Source of the DNA: a virus
Length of the DNA: 64,000 nucleotides
Strand: one strand, 5' to 3'
Virus record (IMG/VR): IMGVR_UViG_3300019754_000001
Location: 29,905 to 93,904 of that record
Of the stretch, positions 9,193 through 20,900 are shown piece by piece. The notes below the pieces were generated by a model. That model saw nothing but the letters and a program-made list of their open reading frames with translations, had not been told where the DNA came from and ran no database searches. A program made the translations under genes and the position numbers. The stretch's first letter is position 1; each line of letters opens with the position of its first letter.

Positions 9193-12100
9193 CTAGCATT
9201 TCTTATGCTCGTCCCTTATGACATCTCTAACTTGTACTAAGCTAGGATTGACATTTGAGGTCATTGAACTTGTATTAACTCTAGGCTTATACTCACTAAC
9301 TTTCCCATTAGCAAATGGAAACTCCTTATAACCTTTACTTAATACCCACCTAATTAAATGCTCCTCGCTAAACTGACCATTAACATATTTATTAGAGTAG
9401 GCTTGTACACTACTATCTAATAGAATAGAAGCTCCAGCCTCAACAGCTACACTTAACATCTCTACAGTTCTTTTAAACTTAGCTTCAGATCTACCGTGTG
9501 CCCCAACACCACCAGATATACTTGCAAAGACCTTATCATCTTTAGTATATGTTTCTGAATTTACAGGTATATTATTATTACGTGCATCAAAGGCATAAGT
9601 AAGAGTACTAGAACTTTTAGGATTATAAGCCCTACTGTTAAAGTCTTTACCAAAGTTAGCAAATACATAAGCTGTAGCTCTAGCCGCTTTATATTGATCT
9701 TTTCCAGTCTTATCCATCGATAGTATGAACTTAGTTGTTCCATTCTCCTTTTCACTATCAATACCATTATTGATTAAATAACTTAAAACAGTAGCATGAG
9801 ATGGCTGTCCTAACTCTTTCCAGTATAGCAACTTCTTACCTTTAAGCTTTCCAGAGTTAATTAGATCAACTATCCATTCCTTTCTAGCCATTAGTTGTGG
9901 ATATTCTTTATCAAACTTATCAGTAGTTAACCAATCATGGTAGTTTTGAACAGACTCTGCTATAGTTCCTGCAGGTATAATAGCACTAGTAGAGCTCATG
10001 TGAGAAGAAGGGTTACCGAAGTGCTTCTCTCCACCCTTTCTTAGGGTATAAACCATACCATTCTCTTTAGCATATTTTTCCATTCCTTGATAATCTAAAC
10101 CCTTATCTGTCATGAAAGAAGGTATACCATTCATACCCCTAATTACAACAGTTTCATTAGCAGTAGTCTTACCCATCTTACTAATAGCATGTAATTTTTC
10201 ATGCTTTGGAGGACTATCAAATAGTGTTTGTTGTACAGCAAGTTTTTCTTCTAAACCTCTTATCTTTTCTGCAACTTCCATATACTCTCCCATTATAATG
10301 TTTCTTGATTGTTTATCTATCATTGTGTTGGAAGCAAATACATACTCATTAGTAGTCAAGTCAAAAATGCTATCTGTAGGCATTACTGCAAATTCCTTTC
10401 CAAGCGTAGTTACTTTTCTGTGTGGTTCTTTATTAAGTAATACCTCTACAGCTACTCGCTTAGTTATTGCAGGGTTTGTTATTCTTCTCAAATCATTACC
10501 TGGCCTTATTTCATATACTGAGTTATTGTAGCCAGTTCCATATGTTTTTCCATTTATAGTCACAGTATCATATACTACATTCTTTGTTTGTTTATCTTTT
10601 TCTATTTCATTAAAACCTGAAGTAGCTATAAAGAAGTTACCAAAAGCTTCATATAATGCAGTACCTTTTTTAAGTTTAGCTCCTATCATGTTCTCAAACA
10701 GGTTAGTCATATACTTAAGTATTCTCTCCCCAAAGGTTGATTCTTTATATGGAGTCTCTTTATGGAAATTTATAAACTCTCTATTTGTTAAAGCTACCAT
10801 AAATTCATTAAGGTTGGTTAGTGGCTCATACCTTCCAACATCTTTTAAATCAGACTCCTTCTTTTCCTTTATATTTGCTTTTATCTTATTAATTTCTCTT
10901 TTGTGGATATCAGCTAAGTGCGCTCTGACAGCTTCAATATTACCCATTGCAATCCTTATATCTCTAAATTCGTCACCCTTAAGCTGTCCGGATATATATC
11001 TATCTACAAGTTGAGATGTTTGAGTGTGAGCTATTTCATGAAGTAATACCTCTTCCAGTTCTGCTTTGAATATATTAGGTGCTAGATTTCTAGACCCCAT
11101 CTTATTAACATTGAGGCTTATTGAACCTCCAACTTGCTGACCCCTATGCTGAAGGGTTGGATCTTTTACATATTTAATACCGTTAGGCATTAACCATTTA
11201 AGGTCTTTTAAAATCCTTGCTGCAGGTATTAGATGTGGTGTAGTTATATTATCCAATGCACTCATAAAAGAACTTACGCCCTCCGTGCCATTAGAAAAGT
11301 AGCCAGTTACAGGGTCTCCTTGAAGTGCTACTGTTTTATCAGCTCTGTAGTTTGCAACCTTCTCTTTTACATTTGGGTTATTGTAATCAAATACAGACTT
11401 GCCCTCATACTCTTCACCTAGATTTTCTGACATCTTCTTATGACCTTTTGTATTCATTTCTAGATATATAAAACCGTCCTCCATTGGAACTCTCTCATAT
11501 AAACTATCTTTATTCTTTCCTCTGACATGTGCATATAGGGGAGGATTTGAGTTCTTAGAGCTAAACACTACTTTATCTGTATATAAAACTTTATTAGTAT
11601 CAGGGTCATAGTTATTTTTATTTTCTATTCCATCAATCTTATTAAGCTCTGGAGTACTCTTTGGATAATGTTCTACATACTCTTTAAATACTTCCACGGG
11701 GTTTATATTATTAAGTAGTGTAGAATTTAATCCAAGGCCATGACCTGATTCAATTAATATCTTTAAAGGTCTAATCATCTTAATGGAGCGTGGGCTAAAC
11801 TTAGCACCCTCCATTAAACTGTACCTGACTAAATCAAGAGCTAAAGAACGTTGCTCAGCATTACCTCTATAGAGTTCCATCCAGGATGCTATCAGCATTG
11901 TCTGTGCGTTCTGAGTTAATGCAAAGGTATTTATCTCTACGAAGGAGGGGGCATCCAGTGTCTTTCCTTGTGAAGGGATTAAGTTACTTATGAACAAAGA
12001 ACCTATTGGATTATTAGTTCTTTTGTATCTATTAATCCTATTAGCTAATGAGTTACTTCCATACAACATATCAACCATCAACTGTTTCTTATCTATCTCT

Positions 12101-15100
12101 TCACCATTATCCTTAAACAAACTACTTTCATCTGTTTTCTTAAGCAATAGGTGTGAGAGCATTGATTCATGAAGTTGTTTTGATATAAATGGAATATCTG
12201 AATAAGATAGGGAGCTGTTATTATCTAGTACCATATCAAGAAGTGTATTGAACTTGGGGGTAGCACCAACACTCATAGGAAAACCTCCTATATTAGTACC
12301 CCATATAGCACGAGCCGTGTTAAGAGAATTATATACTCCATAGCCAACTTCAGTAAGTTCACCATCACCATTTAATACTAGATTATCAAGACCTACTATA
12401 TCAGACTTGCCATTTATAACTTCAGAGTATATTTTAACTTTTTGAACTATACTGCTGATATCTTTACCAACACCCTTAGTTTCAATTTTAAGTACACTAT
12501 TTGCTATCCCTATTGTTTTTGCAGGATTATACAGTGCTGCAAAAATAGAAGCTACTTTATACTGAGCTGAATTACTTTGACTCTTTAGTTCTTCTGTTGT
12601 TAGCGGACCCTCCACCCTATTCTCTTCATAGGATTTTAATACAGACTGTATAATAGCCATATCTTCACTACTATTTCTTTTGCCAAGTTTATTACTTGTT
12701 GTTTTTAACTCTTCTGTTATTTCCTGTATTGCAGGCTGTGTCATTATTAAGGCTACTGTTTCAGCTGAGAGTGCTTTATTCTTACTTTGAGTTTCTCCTT
12801 TATCTACCATTTGTATTAATAAATTATACACACCGGAATTTACAGCATCATAACCAAGATACGCTAAGTTTCCATTATTAGCATTATCAACAGCTTCTGA
12901 TAGCAACATCATTAAGGAGTCAGCATTGCTCCTTACTCCACCACCACTAGTTCCTAAATCTATATCAGATAAAGTAAGTACTTCACCTTCTGATTCCACC
13001 TCTAAGAAAAGTTTACTACCATCCTTATCAATAGGATACAATCCCTTATTCTCGGCCATTGCTAAAAACACTAGAGCATTAGCTTCAATAGCTACACCTA
13101 TTTTACCAGCCTGAGCATTATTGTATTCTTTTTCTGAGTATTCAATACCCAAAGGGACGAATCGCTTAGTACCATCTCTGTACTGTTCTTCTTCCTTAGC
13201 TTTAGCAACCTTAGCAAAGTTTTGAAAGTCTGGTAAATCTAAAGTAGTTAACATCTTTTTAGTAATATCCGGATGACTTAAAACTGCCTCATGTAATCTT
13301 ATATACTGATTTTGTAATAACTTACTCTCTTCCTTAGCTGTTACATTTTCTTCAGATATTATCTTTAGTGTTTTATTGCCGTCAGCATCTTCTACATTTT
13401 TATAGTTATACATATAAGTATAAAGGTGGTCTACGTCAAAGTCAGACCCCATCTGTGCAGTAATCTCATCAGGCAGTATTATGAGAGACTTCATTTGGGG
13501 AGGTAAAAATCCAACTATCTCTATGTTAGACATGGAACTAAATCCCTGATTAGGAATACGCGCTCCTATTAACGATAACAACTCTTTATCTATTTTAGAC
13601 ATATCAAGCTTTCCGCCACTGCCTATAAAATTGTTAATGTCTTCATTAAACATCCAAGGGAGTATTACTTGCATCTTTTGAATACCTATAACCTTACCTT
13701 TCTTGTTTAATATAATATCTCCAGCCTTTAGCTCTGTATCAAACTCACTGGTAAATATAACATTATTTTCATTATCACTCAACTTTGATACATTCATCTT
13801 ACCCTTAATCCCAAAAGCAGCTCCTTGTACAAAAGACCTTCCTCTAAGTTCAGGTCTTAGTATTTTTTTACTAATTGCTGAATTGATTTTTTGAACTATC
13901 TTATTACGTGATGCTGACATATCTAAAGGCCAGGCGAATGCTCCATGCTTAAACTTTAAAGATTGTAGTTCATTATCACTTATACCCTCATTGACAAGTA
14001 TCTCTTTGAAAGCATCTCTAAACTTAGCTTGGTTAGTTACAACTCCATTCTTTATTCCAAAGGAGTGCTCTAACTTACCAAGCCCTTCCTCCATCATTCT
14101 TACTTTAATCTTATCTCTCATCTCTCTTATACCCTTACCATCTTTAATAACGTGGTCATCTATAAATAAATCAAAACCTGCCATTTCTGAAATACCCATA
14201 GTAATAAGTTGATTCATCTGAGACACTGAGATTGTCTTATAATCCTCATGGTTTCCTTCTTCTTGTTGAGTTTTCAATCCCTCTCTCTTAACTATAGTAG
14301 GCTCCATCAAATCTATCTTATCTTTATTTAAACCAATTGCTCTAGAATTCCCCTCATGGTCATTTTCATAATTAAACACATCCCACTTATCTCTAGAACC
14401 TGCCTTAACTGCCGATTCAAAAGCTAAATGTACAGTGGTTAAATTACCAGTTTTCTCTTCATTGTTATCATCTATTAGATACTTTCTTTCCTCTCGTTCC
14501 ATCTTTTCTCTAATCATATCTATTTCTAGGTCTTTTGTATATTGGGGTATTAATGGAAAGAATGAAGACTTTACAATCATCGTATCATTTGAAGAAGTCT
14601 CCTTATTGAAGTTGTTTGAGGTATACAAAGGCTTTTGTGGAATTATGTCCATCTGTGTCAGTCTAGCTATTTCTGCATCCTCTCCAGAGTTTAATAGTAA
14701 TGGCTTGTTAGTTTTATAGCTTTCCATTATCTTCTTGTTAATACTGTCATACACTTCTTCTTTAATCTTACCCCTCTGGGCCATAAATACTATATAGCTT
14801 TTAAGAGTTACTAACTCTTGTGCATCTGTACTATTAACATTCTTATACCCCTTAGCTATTTCAGGGCTTAGGGATTTTTTATACTTATTATACATTCTAG
14901 AAGTATACTTATCATTAAGAACAAAATAAGCTATGTTTTCATAGTTATTAATTATTCTTTTACCGTTAACCATCTCAGCAACTTCTGTTGATGGGTCCAT
15001 TCCAGTACCTATTAAAGAACCTAACCTCTTAAGGTAAGTAGTCCATGTACCAAACTCATCACGTTTAAAATACTGTGCTGGGTCAGATAACAGCTGTACA

Positions 15101-17940
15101 ACCTCACCTGTTCCTATCATATTATTTATAACATAATCAGCAGCTATTGCAGTTAAAGCATAGGCATCTGGATTAGTTATATTTCTTTTTTCTAGAGTTT
15201 CAGTATCCAAACCCATTCTTTTTAAGTACTCTTTATTTAATGTCTTTGTTATTGGATATGATTTAAAATTTTCATTCAATATATCAAACACATGCTTAAC
15301 TTCTTGCTGTATATCCTTATGTACCTCATCTAGCATAAGTTTTACAGTATCGTTATTAAATATTATACCATTAGAACTTAGTATTGAAGTAGCTGGGTCT
15401 GTACTATCTAAAAGTTTATTAAGTGAAGGAAATAAATAAAACCTGTCACCACCCTTAAGAAGTGCTATATCCATTCCTTTTCTACTGTCTTCTTTTCGTT
15501 TATTTATAACTCTAGTAATTCGTTTAGCTTCTCCTCTTATAAGATCTTCAAGAGCATTGTTTACTTCTATTCTTGTTATAGTATCACCTATAAGACCCTC
15601 CTCATACTTATATTTAATATCTTTTCCATTGGCATCTTTTAACTTAGTATTATTATCCTTGTCTGCAAATATACCTCTAGGGCCAGTTATTCCATCAGTT
15701 TTACCTACCCCTGTTATATTGATACGTGGCCACTTAAATATTATATTTCTACTCTTATCTGAAAACGTTAACGGCATTAGGTGCATGAATTTATCATTAC
15801 CGTTATTGGCCATTAAAGATAATCTCATAACGAGTTTCTCTAGTGGGGATGCTTCTTTTCTTGTTATGTTAACATTATTAGAAGTAGATATTGCATCTAA
15901 AACCCCCATAACAATATCCCCCTCTTTTAAAGCACCTCTCTTTAATAGTTTAACAACTCTAGAAGTTGAAGTAAAGTCTCCATCTTCCATATCTTTCATA
16001 AATTTACTATCTTTAGTTGTTAACTTCTTTACTAACTGTGTGGCAAAACTAGGTAATCCGTATTTAGCTACTTGGTTATCTGAAGAGTTTAGAAAGGTCT
16101 GGTCTACGTGTTCTGCAGATTCTTCATAAAGTGTCTTTAATACTATTTTTACCATCCTATCCTCTAAAGGGTTAGAGTTGTTACCAACAAATGAAGAGGT
16201 TGTGTCAATATCTGTTATGTTTGATAGTGATGTTATAAAGTTAAACCCTCCCTCATTATCTGTAGATATAAATGTTATGGGATTCATACCTGACTTTAAG
16301 AATTTAGCAGCCTTATCACTTCCATTTTGTATATACTTTTGTGGGTTTCTAATAAGGTCTTCATATTGAGAGGAGGTAAGCTTAATACCGTATTGATCTA
16401 ATATATCCATAATCTCAACAGCGTTATCAAGCATATGCTGTACACCAGCATTCCTATCAGCTTTACTAAAATCAATACCAAACTTCCTTAAAGCCTCAAC
16501 AGCTAAAACACCAACTCTATTAGATAGCTCAATCATCTTACTTTCATCTAGAACAAAGTTGTTATTTGATATCTTTAATATCCCAGCCTTGCCTTCAGAC
16601 TCTTCATGCTTTTCTATTTGATGCTCTCTAGCTAGGTTTAAGGAACTTCGGGTGGCGGAAGTGGAATCAGTATTTATAATCCTATACTGTCGTTCTACTG
16701 TATTTGGAGTTTCAAAATCTCCATCATTTAGTTCTCTAGAGTATTCTTTAACTGTAACCATGTTATGATTTTGTAGATTAGTAGCTACATAGAATAAGTT
16801 TCTAAACCTATTATACTCTGGTGTAGTTGGGTCTTTTAGCTTTGCAGCTATAGACATTAAGACTGGGTCTTGTGTCTTCTCTAACATTTCAACCCTCTGA
16901 CTTATCGTACCGTATGAATCAGCTAGGGCATTAGTTATTTTACTAAATACTACCTTGTGGCTATAAGTATCAATGAACCCTAAAATGTTTGCTTTGAGTT
17001 GGGGAGTGTATTTCTTACCATCTTGAACATAAGTTACTTTAGGTATATTCATAAGATAGGTTTTAAATACAAACCCTACAGTATCTGATACTGGGATAGC
17101 CATTTTCTTAGCATCATCCCAAACAGCACCAAAGACCTCTTCACCAAACATATCTGAATCATCTTGTGTTTCAGCATTCTCTGTTACAGTCTCAGTTGTT
17201 AGTTTAGTATCATCTTCTAAGTTATTATCTTTAGTAGTTTCGTCCTTATCTTTATTTATCTTTTCTTCCTTATACCCTTCAGATATTAATCTACCTTTAA
17301 GTAGCTTTTGAAAAGACTTAAAAGCATCAGGCTCAAGTAGCTTATTAACGGAGGATAGAAAAAGCTCTCCCTTGGTGCGTTGTTCTTTTGTTATTGTTTT
17401 ATTTGCCAGTCCTTCTTTATATTCTTGTTGTGCTGTCCTTAACATTTTTTCCATTTCAACAGCAAGTGATTTAGTACTAATAGCATCATTAAATAAGCTC
17501 TTTAGTACAATACTTTCTCCCCACCCCAAGATAGATTCTACTTCTAAAGTATTAAATCCTTCTATTAGCGTATCAGGGTCTTCTATATATTCATCAGCTT
17601 CTAATCCATAACCTTCTACTCTTTTAATGACTTCCTCATATACAGGCTCTCCATTTTCATCTACTCTTCCGTTATAGTTTTCAGGATTAAATTCCCAATC
17701 TCCATAGGTATCTTTATACTTATCTGTTCTTACAGCTATTGATACTTCTACAGCTCTTTTTATATTTTTTGTTTTATCTAGAACAGTCTTAAATAAATAA
17801 GATGCTTCACCATTAGATGCTTTTTCAAATGGAATCTCATCTTCTTTTAAGTTATACTTCTTAAAAAGACTTAAAGCAGTATCCGAAGATACTACTTTAG
17901 TCAATGAGTTAAATACTTTTGTTCCTTTAGGACACTTCAT
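9193..17940 (-). CDS. virion-packaged single-chain two-barrel RNA polymerase (crAss-like) with C-terminal zincin and DUF4326-like domains
   Basis: 2915 aa; RIPNQG and GSDFDVD (13429-13443) catalytic region; HEIAH at 11026-11040. Confidence 0.9.
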   Translation of the reverse strand: MKCPKGTKVFNSLTKVVSSDTALSLFKKYNLKEDEIPFEKASNGEASYLFKTVLDKTKNIKRAVEVSIAVRTDKYKDTYGDWEFNPENYNGRVDENGEPVYEEVIKRVEGYGLEADEYIEDPDTLIEGFNTLEVESILGWGESIVLKSLFNDAISTKSLAVEMEKMLRTAQQEYKEGLANKTITKEQRTKGELFLSSVNKLLEPDAFKSFQKLLKGRLISEGYKEEKINKDKDETTKDNNLEDDTKLTTETVTENAETQDDSDMFGEEVFGAVWDDAKKMAIPVSDTVGFVFKTYLMNIPKVTYVQDGKKYTPQLKANILGFIDTYSHKVVFSKITNALADSYGTISQRVEMLEKTQDPVLMSIAAKLKDPTTPEYNRFRNLFYVATNLQNHNMVTVKEYSRELNDGDFETPNTVERQYRIINTDSTSATRSSLNLAREHQIEKHEESEGKAGILKISNNNFVLDESKMIELSNRVGVLAVEALRKFGIDFSKADRNAGVQHMLDNAVEIMDILDQYGIKLTSSQYEDLIRNPQKYIQNGSDKAAKFLKSGMNPITFISTDNEGGFNFITSLSNITDIDTTSSFVGNNSNPLEDRMVKIVLKTLYEESAEHVDQTFLNSSDNQVAKYGLPSFATQLVKKLTTKDSKFMKDMEDGDFTSTSRVVKLLKRGALKEGDIVMGVLDAISTSNNVNITRKEASPLEKLVMRLSLMANNGNDKFMHLMPLTFSDKSRNIIFKWPRINITGVGKTDGITGPRGIFADKDNNTKLKDANGKDIKYKYEEGLIGDTITRIEVNNALEDLIRGEAKRITRVINKRKEDSRKGMDIALLKGGDRFYLFPSLNKLLDSTDPATSILSSNGIIFNNDTVKLMLDEVHKDIQQEVKHVFDILNENFKSYPITKTLNKEYLKRMGLDTETLEKRNITNPDAYALTAIAADYVINNMIGTGEVVQLLSDPAQYFKRDEFGTWTTYLKRLGSLIGTGMDPSTEVAEMVNGKRIINNYENIAYFVLNDKYTSRMYNKYKKSLSPEIAKGYKNVNSTDAQELVTLKSYIVFMAQRGKIKEEVYDSINKKIMESYKTNKPLLLNSGEDAEIARLTQMDIIPQKPLYTSNNFNKETSSNDTMIVKSSFFPLIPQYTKDLEIDMIREKMEREERKYLIDDNNEEKTGNLTTVHLAFESAVKAGSRDKWDVFNYENDHEGNSRAIGLNKDKIDLMEPTIVKREGLKTQQEEGNHEDYKTISVSQMNQLITMGISEMAGFDLFIDDHVIKDGKGIREMRDKIKVRMMEEGLGKLEHSFGIKNGVVTNQAKFRDAFKEILVNEGISDNELQSLKFKHGAFAWPLDMSASRNKIVQKINSAISKKILRPELRGRSFVQGAAFGIKGKMNVSKLSDNENNVIFTSEFDTELKAGDIILNKKGKVIGIQKMQVILPWMFNEDINNFIGSGGKLDMSKIDKELLSLIGARIPNQGFSSMSNIEIVGFLPPQMKSLIILPDEITAQMGSDFDVDHLYTYMYNYKNVEDADGNKTLKIISEENVTAKEESKLLQNQYIRLHEAVLSHPDITKKMLTTLDLPDFQNFAKVAKAKEEEQYRDGTKRFVPLGIEYSEKEYNNAQAGKIGVAIEANALVFLAMAENKGLYPIDKDGSKLFLEVESEGEVLTLSDIDLGTSGGGVRSNADSLMMLLSEAVDNANNGNLAYLGYDAVNSGVYNLLIQMVDKGETQSKNKALSAETVALIMTQPAIQEITEELKTTSNKLGKRNSSEDMAIIQSVLKSYEENRVEGPLTTEELKSQSNSAQYKVASIFAALYNPAKTIGIANSVLKIETKGVGKDISSIVQKVKIYSEVINGKSDIVGLDNLVLNGDGELTEVGYGVYNSLNTARAIWGTNIGGFPMSVGATPKFNTLLDMVLDNNSSLSYSDIPFISKQLHESMLSHLLLKKTDESSLFKDNGEEIDKKQLMVDMLYGSNSLANRINRYKRTNNPIGSLFISNLIPSQGKTLDAPSFVEINTFALTQNAQTMLIASWMELYRGNAEQRSLALDLVRYSLMEGAKFSPRSIKMIRPLKILIESGHGLGLNSTLLNNINPVEVFKEYVEHYPKSTPELNKIDGIENKNNYDPDTNKVLYTDKVVFSSKNSNPPLYAHVRGKNKDSLYERVPMEDGFIYLEMNTKGHKKMSENLGEEYEGKSVFDYNNPNVKEKVANYRADKTVALQGDPVTGYFSNGTEGVSSFMSALDNITTPHLIPAARILKDLKWLMPNGIKYVKDPTLQHRGQQVGGSISLNVNKMGSRNLAPNIFKAELEEVLLHEIAHTQTSQLVDRYISGQLKGDEFRDIRIAMGNIEAVRAHLADIHKREINKIKANIKEKKESDLKDVGRYEPLTNLNEFMVALTNREFINFHKETPYKESTFGERILKYMTNLFENMIGAKLKKGTALYEAFGNFFIATSGFNEIEKDKQTKNVVYDTVTINGKTYGTGYNNSVYEIRPGNDLRRITNPAITKRVAVEVLLNKEPHRKVTTLGKEFAVMPTDSIFDLTTNEYVFASNTMIDKQSRNIIMGEYMEVAEKIRGLEEKLAVQQTLFDSPPKHEKLHAISKMGKTTANETVVIRGMNGIPSFMTDKGLDYQGMEKYAKENGMVYTLRKGGEKHFGNPSSHMSSTSAIIPAGTIAESVQNYHDWLTTDKFDKEYPQLMARKEWIVDLINSGKLKGKKLLYWKELGQPSHATVLSYLINNGIDSEKENGTTKFILSMDKTGKDQYKAARATAYVFANFGKDFNSRAYNPKSSSTLTYAFDARNNNIPVNSETYTKDDKVFASISGGVGAHGRSEAKFKRTVEMLSVAVEAGASILLDSSVQAYSNKYVNGQFSEEHLIRWVLSKGYKEFPFANGKVSEYKPRVNTSSMTSNVNPSLVQVRDVIRDEHKKC

Positions 17941-17943
17941 ATG

Positions 17944-20900
17944 TTAACATTCTGTTTTATTCTTATTTGGTGTGTTATTGAATCCCTTAACATCTATAAC
18001 AGTAGTTGCAGAAGAAAAGGATAAATTAAAAGCATTTGGAACAGTAGTACTCTTAGGAGTGTTATCTATATTAACCAACTCAAAAGATGTAACAGAGTTG
18101 TTAAAGTAAGATACTTCTACATGTCCACCAGCTCCATCAGAGTGTACATCCTCTGGAAGATTATCATTATCAAATTCTTTATCTGTTTTGTACATCTTTG
18201 ACTTTATTGTCTTGCTTTCTAAATCTGTTTTTATATTCTTAAATAAAAAGTCTTTATAAGTTCCTGAAGCATATTGATACCTTATTCCAGAAGCAGTAGT
18301 AGTATGCCCTGTGGGTATCCTACTTTCTCCTCTCTTAGTCCCTAGTTTATTTAAACCTAGTAACTTATCACTAGTGTTTATAGGAACTTTTCCAAGAGCT
18401 TCTTTGAATGCTTGTTTTTCTTCTTCTGTTGAATCTTCAGTGAGACTCATACCAGTACCTACTTTAGCCTGATTAAACAAGTGAATACCAGTAACATTTC
18501 CGTCACCATCCTTATCCATGTATACTATTGAGGGTCTTCCTGATATATTGTCTGCAGCTATAATAGCATCTGATTTCTTTTTCTTATCTACAACTATTAA
18601 ATTAGATATAGTGTTTATGTGATTTTTAGCATTATTACCTTTTAAAATCTCATCCATTCCAGCCATTACTGCATCTAATGCTTTACCATCATTTACTTCA
18701 GCTATACTATTTTTAATTATGAACCTTCTAACCTTCTCCCCATTTGGAGCTTTTAAGACTATGGCAGTCCTTCCCTTGAAGTCACTAAGGAATTGTGAGT
18801 CATCTCCAGTCTCATGTATCTCTCCATTTGAACCCATAATGCCTTTATCTGTGACTAAGGCTATGTCGAAAAACTTTGGTGTGGATTGTTCGTCTTTGAA
18901 TACATCACTTAGTGGTTTCATTTCACCACTTTGACTAGTATTTAAATGGCCTGTACCTTTATCAACTACTTCTAACATTTTATTGATATATGTTCCATCC
19001 TCTTCTGTTTCAGTATTAGCTAGTATTGTTCTTAGCTCTCTAACTCTCCCTTGCTGTTCTGCTAAATTATTCTCTTTATTGTCACCAACTGTTAAATAAT
19101 TAACTGCATCCAGTGTGGGTACATATCCAATGAGTTCTCTAACTTTCACTCCGTCAACATAGACTACCTTATATATAGCTATTGGCATATTATTAGATAT
19201 CCAAGCTTCTCCCTCCGTTCCTTTCTCTTTAGCTTTTTTCCTTGAGTAATTCTCCCAAGAGTCCTCTATAGTTTTTCTTTGCAACTCTCCCTCTTTATTG
19301 CTCCAATCAAATAGTTTTCCTTTATATCCTACATCAGCAACAATCTCTAAAGTTTCTCCAACTTTTATTAAATGTTTACTTTCAGTTGGAACACCATCCT
19401 TGCTGACGTCTATTAATGTAAGGTTATTAACATCCCAAACATGACTAGCTCTAGCGATTGCCATACCATCCATTCTTAAAACTGCTGGTTTACTTAATTC
19501 ACTTTTCTTTGGAGTAGTTACTTGATTAGCTAATTCTAAACTATCTCCTTCAAGTACTTCAGTATCCACATTAACTACTTCTAGCTCGTTACCTTTAGGC
19601 CTCAATTCATTTGCAGAAAAATCAACATCTGCTTTATTAGCTTCTGCTAAAGCATTAAAATAACTATTAACATGCTTAATTAGTCTATTTAGAGTTTCTA
19701 ATTGGTTATCTTCGCTTTGTATTAAGCTATTAAATCCGGAAGCCTTTTCATATAATTCAACTATCTTATCAATAGCGTCTTTATGCCCCCTAACTAAATC
19801 TGATGAAGTAAATCCATTATCTTTTATAAATTTACCAATGCTATTAAACATATCTACTGAATCTAATATGTTAGAAGACTCTACAGTAGAAGACGAGTAA
19901 AGCTTTCCTCCATCAATATCTTTTAGAGTGGTTGATATACTATTATTAGTATCTGTCCTATTATCTATAAAATCAGTATAGGACATAGCATTAACACCAT
20001 ATTTGCCAAGCTTCTCTTTTAAAAGGGTAGTAATCATATTGAACGGTACATCATTACCAGCTTTAGAGTCTGATAAAGCTTTAACTAAAGTCATTTGATC
20101 CATTACTGAGAGTATGTCAGCTAGTATGCCCTTTTGATCTTCAACTGGCATGCCATCCTTAAAGTCTAGTTGCTCTGAATCCTTTATAGAACTAGCTAAG
20201 TGCACAAAGTACTTAAATAGGTCTGAGTTTCTATCAATAGAATTAGGTATTATTTTACCATCCTTAAACTCACTTATCCACAGTAGTAAGTTACCAACAG
20301 CTCCTTTAACCTGAACACTATTTCCATCAGCATCCTTTATAGTAGCTGTAAAGACACTCCCTCGAGTATCCATAGGATTAGCTCTAAATAAGTGTGTTAT
20401 TATCTTATGTCTATTATTGTCTCCAGTAAGTTCTTGCAGTGCATCATCGTCAGATAAGTAAGTAGAACCGTCCCCATCATCTTGAAATCCATACAACTGT
20501 ATTATATCATCCAATGCCATTACAAACTTATCGTTTTCAATTACTCCATCTTTTTCTAATTTAGTCTTTATATCAACATCAGTAAGACCTACTTCAAATA
20601 TCTTTGAAATACTTGTCTGTGATGCGTCCTTGCTTGCTATAAACTTTTCTAACCTAAGCTTATTAAATGACTCAGTGCCTTTATGTTTACCATCCTTATT
20701 TAAGTCTAAAGGCTTTGGGGGTGTAGGGATAACCTTTTTATCAATATTATCTTTCTTTTCTATTACTTTCTTCTTATTCTTAGCATCCTTTTCCTCATTA
20801 GCTTTCTTTTGCTTTTCTACCTTACGTTTCTTTAAGTTAGCTAAATTCGTAAGTTCTGCTAATTGAGACCTAGCCATTTTTAATTTAGCATCTTTAAACT

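Noticed and set aside
9057-9195. Stop-codon readthrough fusing vRNAP (TAG) to the in-frame 1533-aa gene
   Set aside because: Same frame, but TAA occurs at the third codon after TAG and again 12 nt before the ATG.
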